NCBI GenBank assembly: GCA_017445365.1
Contig: JAFSUH010000175.1
Coordinates: 1 to 53,839 of the forward strand
Direction of reading: 5' to 3'
Origin: Kiritimatiellia bacterium
GTDB taxonomy: Bacteria; Verrucomicrobiota; Kiritimatiellia; CAIQIC01; Lenti-01
Length of the DNA stretch: 53,839 bases
The stretch's first letter is position 1. Each line of letters opens with the position of its first letter. Positions 50,535 to 53,839 of the stretch are shown here, piece by piece. The notes beneath the pieces were generated by a model. The model ran no database searches and was not told where the DNA came from. It saw nothing but the letters and a program-made list of their open reading frames with translations. A program made the position numbers and the translations under genes.

Positions 50535-50975
50535 CTACTTCGCCGCGGCGGCGGAGCGCGCCTTGGCCATGCTCGTGGCGGCCTTGACCACGATGAAGAC
50601 GGTGAGCGCCGTGATGAGGAACTCGATGATGGTGTTGCAGAAGGCGCCGTAGCGGATGGCCACTTCGGGCACTTCCGCGACCGCGGCGGTGACGACTTCG
50701 CCGGCTTCGTTCACGACTTCCTCGACGCCGGGCTTCGCGGCTTGCAGGACGTACTTCAAGTCGGTGAAATCGACGTTGCCGAGAATCATCCCGATGGGAG
50801 GCATCACGATGTCGTTGACCAGGGACGTCACGATTTTGTTGAACGCGCCGCCGACGATGATGCCGACGGCCATGTCGATGGCGTTGCCCTTGATGGCAAA
50901 TTCCTTGAATTCTTCCAGAAAACCTTTGATGCCGGCGGGTTTCTTGGTTTCGGCGGCGGCGGTTTCTTCGCTCAT
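50535..50975 (-). CDS. mscL: large-conductance mechanosensitive channel MscL
   Basis: In-frame ATG with AAGGAG RBS. FKEFAIKGNAIDMAVGIIVGGAFNKIVTSLVNDIVMPPIG and IRYGAFCNTIIEFLI. Confidence 0.9.
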   Translation of the reverse strand: MSEETAAAETKKPAGIKGFLEEFKEFAIKGNAIDMAVGIIVGGAFNKIVTSLVNDIVMPPIGMILGNVDFTDLKYVLQAAKPGVEEVVNEAGEVVTAAVAEVPEVAIRYGAFCNTIIEFLITALTVFIVVKAATSMAKARSAAAAK

Positions 50976-50991
50976 GTTACGGCTCCTTGTC

Positions 50992-52350
50992 TCAGGCCTT
51001 CTTGCTGTAGGCGGCCTGGATTTTCTTGGCGACATCGCGGTAGGTGATGTCCACTTCGTAAATTTCCTTGTAGTACCCGACGGCCTCGTCGGTGCGGCCC
51101 ATTTGCTCGGCGAGGAGGCCCATTTCGTAGACGATGTCCTTCTTGTCGTCGTCCATCGATGTCAGCTCGCCCTTGGCCTTCTTGAGCTGGTCGAACCCGA
51201 GGTCGATCTGGCCCATCTGCGTGAAGCAGCGCGCGAGGTAGTACAGCGAGCGGATGCGCCGCTGCGGGTTGCGCTGCGAGAGCTGGAACTCCTCGATGGC
51301 TTCGGTGAACTGCCCGCGCGAGAAGTACTGCACGCCGAGCTCGTAGCGGCACTGCAGGTCGTTCGGGTACCGCTTCGCCATGTCCAGCGCGTCCTCGAAG
51401 ATGAACTGCGCCTTGGCCTCTTCGAGCGCCGCCTTCTCCGCGTCGGCCGCGGCGGCGATCTGGGAATCGAACTTCTTGACCTTGATGGCGGACTTCATCT
51501 TCTCGATCTGCGGGTCGGTGCGGCCGGCGGCCTTTTCCGCTTCGTCGAGGGCGGAAAGCGCGTCGTCGAAGCGGGCGGCCTTCAGGTACAGGTCGGCCAG
51601 CGCGCGGCGGAAGTTCATGTTGAGCGGCTCGCGCTCGATGTCCGCGAGGCGCGCGGCGATGAGCGCGTTGACGTCGCCGGAGCCCTGCACCGTGCGGTGT
51701 TCCTGCTCCAGGCGCGCCGCGACCTTCTGGTCCTTGAGTTTCGTGCGGTAGTCGCTCTTGGTGTCTTCCCAGTTGCCGGCCTTCATCGTGTCGAGCGCGG
51801 CGGCGTCCTTGAGCCGCTTGATGGCGGCCTGGTCGTTGGGGCGGAGCTTGCAGACGGCGGCGTAGCACTCCTTGGCGGCGCCGGGGTTGCCGTTGGCGAT
51901 GTACACCTGCGCGAGGAGGTTGAGGAAATCCACGTCCTTGGGCAGGGCCGCGCGGGCGAGTTCGAGGGTCATCACGGCGGCTTCGGGGAGGTCCGCGCCG
52001 TTGGCGGCGTCCACGTAGAATTTGAGAAACGAGAGGTTCGTCGGGTCGAGCTCCATCAGCTTTTCGGCGGCGGCGAGGGCGGCCTTGGGGTCCTTGCCCA
52101 GCTTCCCCTGCCCGCCCATGAGGGTGAAGGCGCCCTTGACGGAGGAGAGGGAGGGCTTCTTCGCGAGGGCGCGCTTGACTTGGACGAAGCGGAGGTTCTT
52201 GCGGGCGGCGAGGCAGCGCGGCTCCATGGCGAGGACCTGGGAGAAGAAGTTGGTTGCGTAGTCGATGTTGCCGCGGTCGAGGGCGACGGAACCCTTGTCG
52301 AAGGATTCCTTGAGCTTGCGGGGCAGTTGTTCGGGGGAGATGGCGGCCAT
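50992..52350 (-). CDS. tetratricopeptide-repeat protein
   Basis: 452 aa with multiple TPR-like A..Y......P.. repeats. AGGAG RBS. Confidence 0.8.
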   Translation of the reverse strand: MAAISPEQLPRKLKESFDKGSVALDRGNIDYATNFFSQVLAMEPRCLAARKNLRFVQVKRALAKKPSLSSVKGAFTLMGGQGKLGKDPKAALAAAEKLMELDPTNLSFLKFYVDAANGADLPEAAVMTLELARAALPKDVDFLNLLAQVYIANGNPGAAKECYAAVCKLRPNDQAAIKRLKDAAALDTMKAGNWEDTKSDYRTKLKDQKVAARLEQEHRTVQGSGDVNALIAARLADIEREPLNMNFRRALADLYLKAARFDDALSALDEAEKAAGRTDPQIEKMKSAIKVKKFDSQIAAAADAEKAALEEAKAQFIFEDALDMAKRYPNDLQCRYELGVQYFSRGQFTEAIEEFQLSQRNPQRRIRSLYYLARCFTQMGQIDLGFDQLKKAKGELTSMDDDKKDIVYEMGLLAEQMGRTDEAVGYYKEIYEVDITYRDVAKKIQAAYSKKA

Positions 52351-52448
52351 GGGGGACTCCTGTATTGGAAAGCTTGAAAGGAAACTCTACGCGCGCGTTG
52401 CCGAAAAGACAAGCGCTTGGGCGGGCCATTCCCGGCGCGCGAAGAGCG

Positions 52449-52574
52449 TTTTGCCAATGTTCGGCAAATCCGGCCCGTTTTTGCCGAACATTGGCAAATC
52501 CATCCGCCGCGCGCGTTCCCGGTTTTGCCAATGTTTGGCAAATTTCACGCGATTTTGCCAAGGATTGGCAAAAT
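52449..52574. repeat. array A7: 4 units TTTGCCAA-N3-TTGGCAAA with spacing 30/44/30 bp
   Basis: Units start at 52449, 52479, 52523 and 52553. Lies in the divergent promoter region between 52350 (-) and 52650 (+). Confidence 0.9.
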
Positions 52575-52649
52575 GCCTTCCGGGCGCGGCGGACGGTTGA
52601 TTTCCGCCCGGGGAATCGGCACACTCCTCCGCCGAACAAGGAGTTTCCC

Positions 52650-52985
52650 ATGCTTGAATTCACGGACAACCACGTCGGTCGCGCCATCGTCGTCGCCCTC
52701 AAGGGAAAAGTCGACAACCTCTCCGCCGACCTCTTCGACGCCCACTGCCGCCAGCTTCTCGGCGACGGCGAACAATCCTTCGTCTTCGACTGCACCGAGC
52801 TGGCGTACCTGTCGAGCGCGGGCCTGCGCGTCGTCCTCAAGCTCGCCAAGGACATCGCCCCCAAGGGCAAGATCGCCTTCGCCGCGATGAACGAAACCGT
52901 CAAGGAAATTTTCGCGGTTTCCGGCTTCGGCGAAATGTTCCGCTGCTACCCGACGCTGGAAGGCGCCGTCCAGGAAGGACTCTAG
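52650..52985 (+). CDS. STAS-domain protein (anti-sigma-factor antagonist, SpoIIAA-like)
   Basis: In-frame ATG with AAGGAG RBS. FDCTELAYLSSAGLRVVLKLAK contains the conserved phosphorylatable Ser context. Confidence 0.8.
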   Translation: MLEFTDNHVGRAIVVALKGKVDNLSADLFDAHCRQLLGDGEQSFVFDCTELAYLSSAGLRVVLKLAKDIAPKGKIAFAAMNETVKEIFAVSGFGEMFRCYPTLEGAVQEGL

Positions 52986-52988
52986 ACC

Positions 52989-53839
52989 ATGAAATCGCTT
53001 TTCAAATTCCTCGGTTGGACGCTTTTCGTCCTCGTCGTCCTCGCCGCCGTCCTCCTCTTCGCGTTCGGTCCCATCGCCAAGTTCGCCGTCAACCACCTCG
53101 CCGGTCCCTTCCTTGGCGTCTCCGCGCACGTGGACGACGTGAGTTTCTCACCGGTCAAGGGGAAGCTCGCGATGGAGAATTTCGTCCTCGGCAACCCGAA
53201 GGGGTTCGACAGCGGGTACATGATGAAGCTCGACCACCTGCTCTTCGACCTGGAGACCGGCAGCCTCTTCTCCGATCCGCTCCACATCGAGGAAATCGAG
53301 GTCACCGGCTTCGCCGTCACCCTCGACGGCATCGTCAACAACAACATTTCGGCTTTCATCGACGGCCTCTCCGGCGGCAAGGACGGGAAGGAAAAAGAGG
53401 AAAAGAAGGAAGAAAAGCCGGAAGGAAAGGACGCGGAGAAGAAGCCCGCCCGCAAGGTGTACATCGGCTCGGTGGACATCTCCGACACGCATTTCAATTT
53501 CGCCCCGTTCGCCGGGAAAGTCCTCCCCATCCCCCTGCCTCCCATCCATCTCGACGAAATCGGCAAGCCCGACGACGGCGCGAGCATCATGGATGCGGTC
53601 AAGCAGATCATGGGCGGCATCCTGGACGCGGTCACGGGCGCGGCCAAGGGCGCCGGCCAGTTCTTCGGCGACGCGGCCGGTGCGGCCGCGGATGCCGTGG
53701 GCAGCACCGTCGGCGTCGTGGGAGACGCGGCGGGCGCGACCGTGGACGCCGTGGGCGACGCCTTGGGTTCCACCGCGGATGCCGTGGGGGATGCGGCCGG
53801 TGCGGCCGCGGGTGCGGTCGGCGACGCCGCCGGAGCCGC
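52989..53839 (+). CDS. membrane-anchored hypothetical protein, partial (runs off the window end)
   Basis: Absent from the ORF track because it has no stop. MKSLFKFLGWTLFVLVVLAAVLLFAF anchor, a Lys/Glu-rich linker, then a low-complexity (D/G)A(A/V)G repeat tail. Starts 4 nt after the STAS stop. Confidence 0.55.
   Translation, partial: MKSLFKFLGWTLFVLVVLAAVLLFAFGPIAKFAVNHLAGPFLGVSAHVDDVSFSPVKGKLAMENFVLGNPKGFDSGYMMKLDHLLFDLETGSLFSDPLHIEEIEVTGFAVTLDGIVNNNISAFIDGLSGGKDGKEKEEKKEEKPEGKDAEKKPARKVYIGSVDISDTHFNFAPFAGKVLPIPLPPIHLDEIGKPDDGASIMDAVKQIMGGILDAVTGAAKGAGQFFGDAAGAAADAVGSTVGVVGDAAGATVDAVGDALGSTADAVGDAAGAAAGAVGDAAGA

Overview
GC-rich bacterial chromosomal window. By eye most lines are about 60-65% GC, with lower-GC islands. 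A 51-aa small basic protein of a type I associate with Planctomycetes-Verrucomicrobia-Chlamydiae (PVC) genomes hints at that lineage, from memory only. All family calls come from motifs read in the translations; no searches were run.

Layout:
- 1-1.8 kb: ribbon-helix-helix (RHH) and phage-like remnant.
- 2.4-11.1 kb: housekeeping genes (cyclophilin, aspC, small basic protein, L,D-transpeptidase-like, HAD, mazG) interleaved with two DUF4143-type AAA ATPases.
- 11.1-16.6 kb: patchwork of two RelB/DinJ-YoeB toxin-antitoxin modules, small membrane proteins, a GNAT and a frameshifted secreted protein, all bracketed by direct repeats.
- 16.7-21.3 kb: 2-hydroxyacid dehydrogenase, hom and an epimerase.
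- 21.5-24.2 kb: three-gene GATC-type (MboI/DpnII-like) methylase-endonuclease-methylase cassette.
- 24.2-26.2 kb: about 2 kb with no convincing gene.
- 26.2-28.2 kb: mnmG carrying two perfect parS palindromes on an in-frame insertion. This suggests an origin-proximal location.
- 28.5-43.1 kb: surface-polysaccharide locus with convergent arms. The minus arm is lower GC. It is interrupted by a VapBC plus winged-helix (wHTH) cassette.
- 43.3-46.9 kb: two unrelated stand-alone ATPases in a duplicated flank structure.
- 47.05-49.07 kb: three-domain nucleotidyltransferase-cytidylyltransferase-PEP mutase gene.
- 49.1-53.8 kb: TupA-like ATP-grasp, ruvX, mscL, a TPR protein, a STAS protein and a partial membrane protein.

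Recurrent themes:
1. Several families of intergenic repeats. The main one is phased arrays of the palindrome TTTGCCAA-N3-TTGGCAAA in seven intergenic regions.
2. Small accessory cassettes (TA modules, ATPases) with no recombinase gene. Each is bracketed by direct repeats that copy the end of a neighbouring gene.

No rRNA, tRNA, CRISPR, transposase or integrase was recognised.
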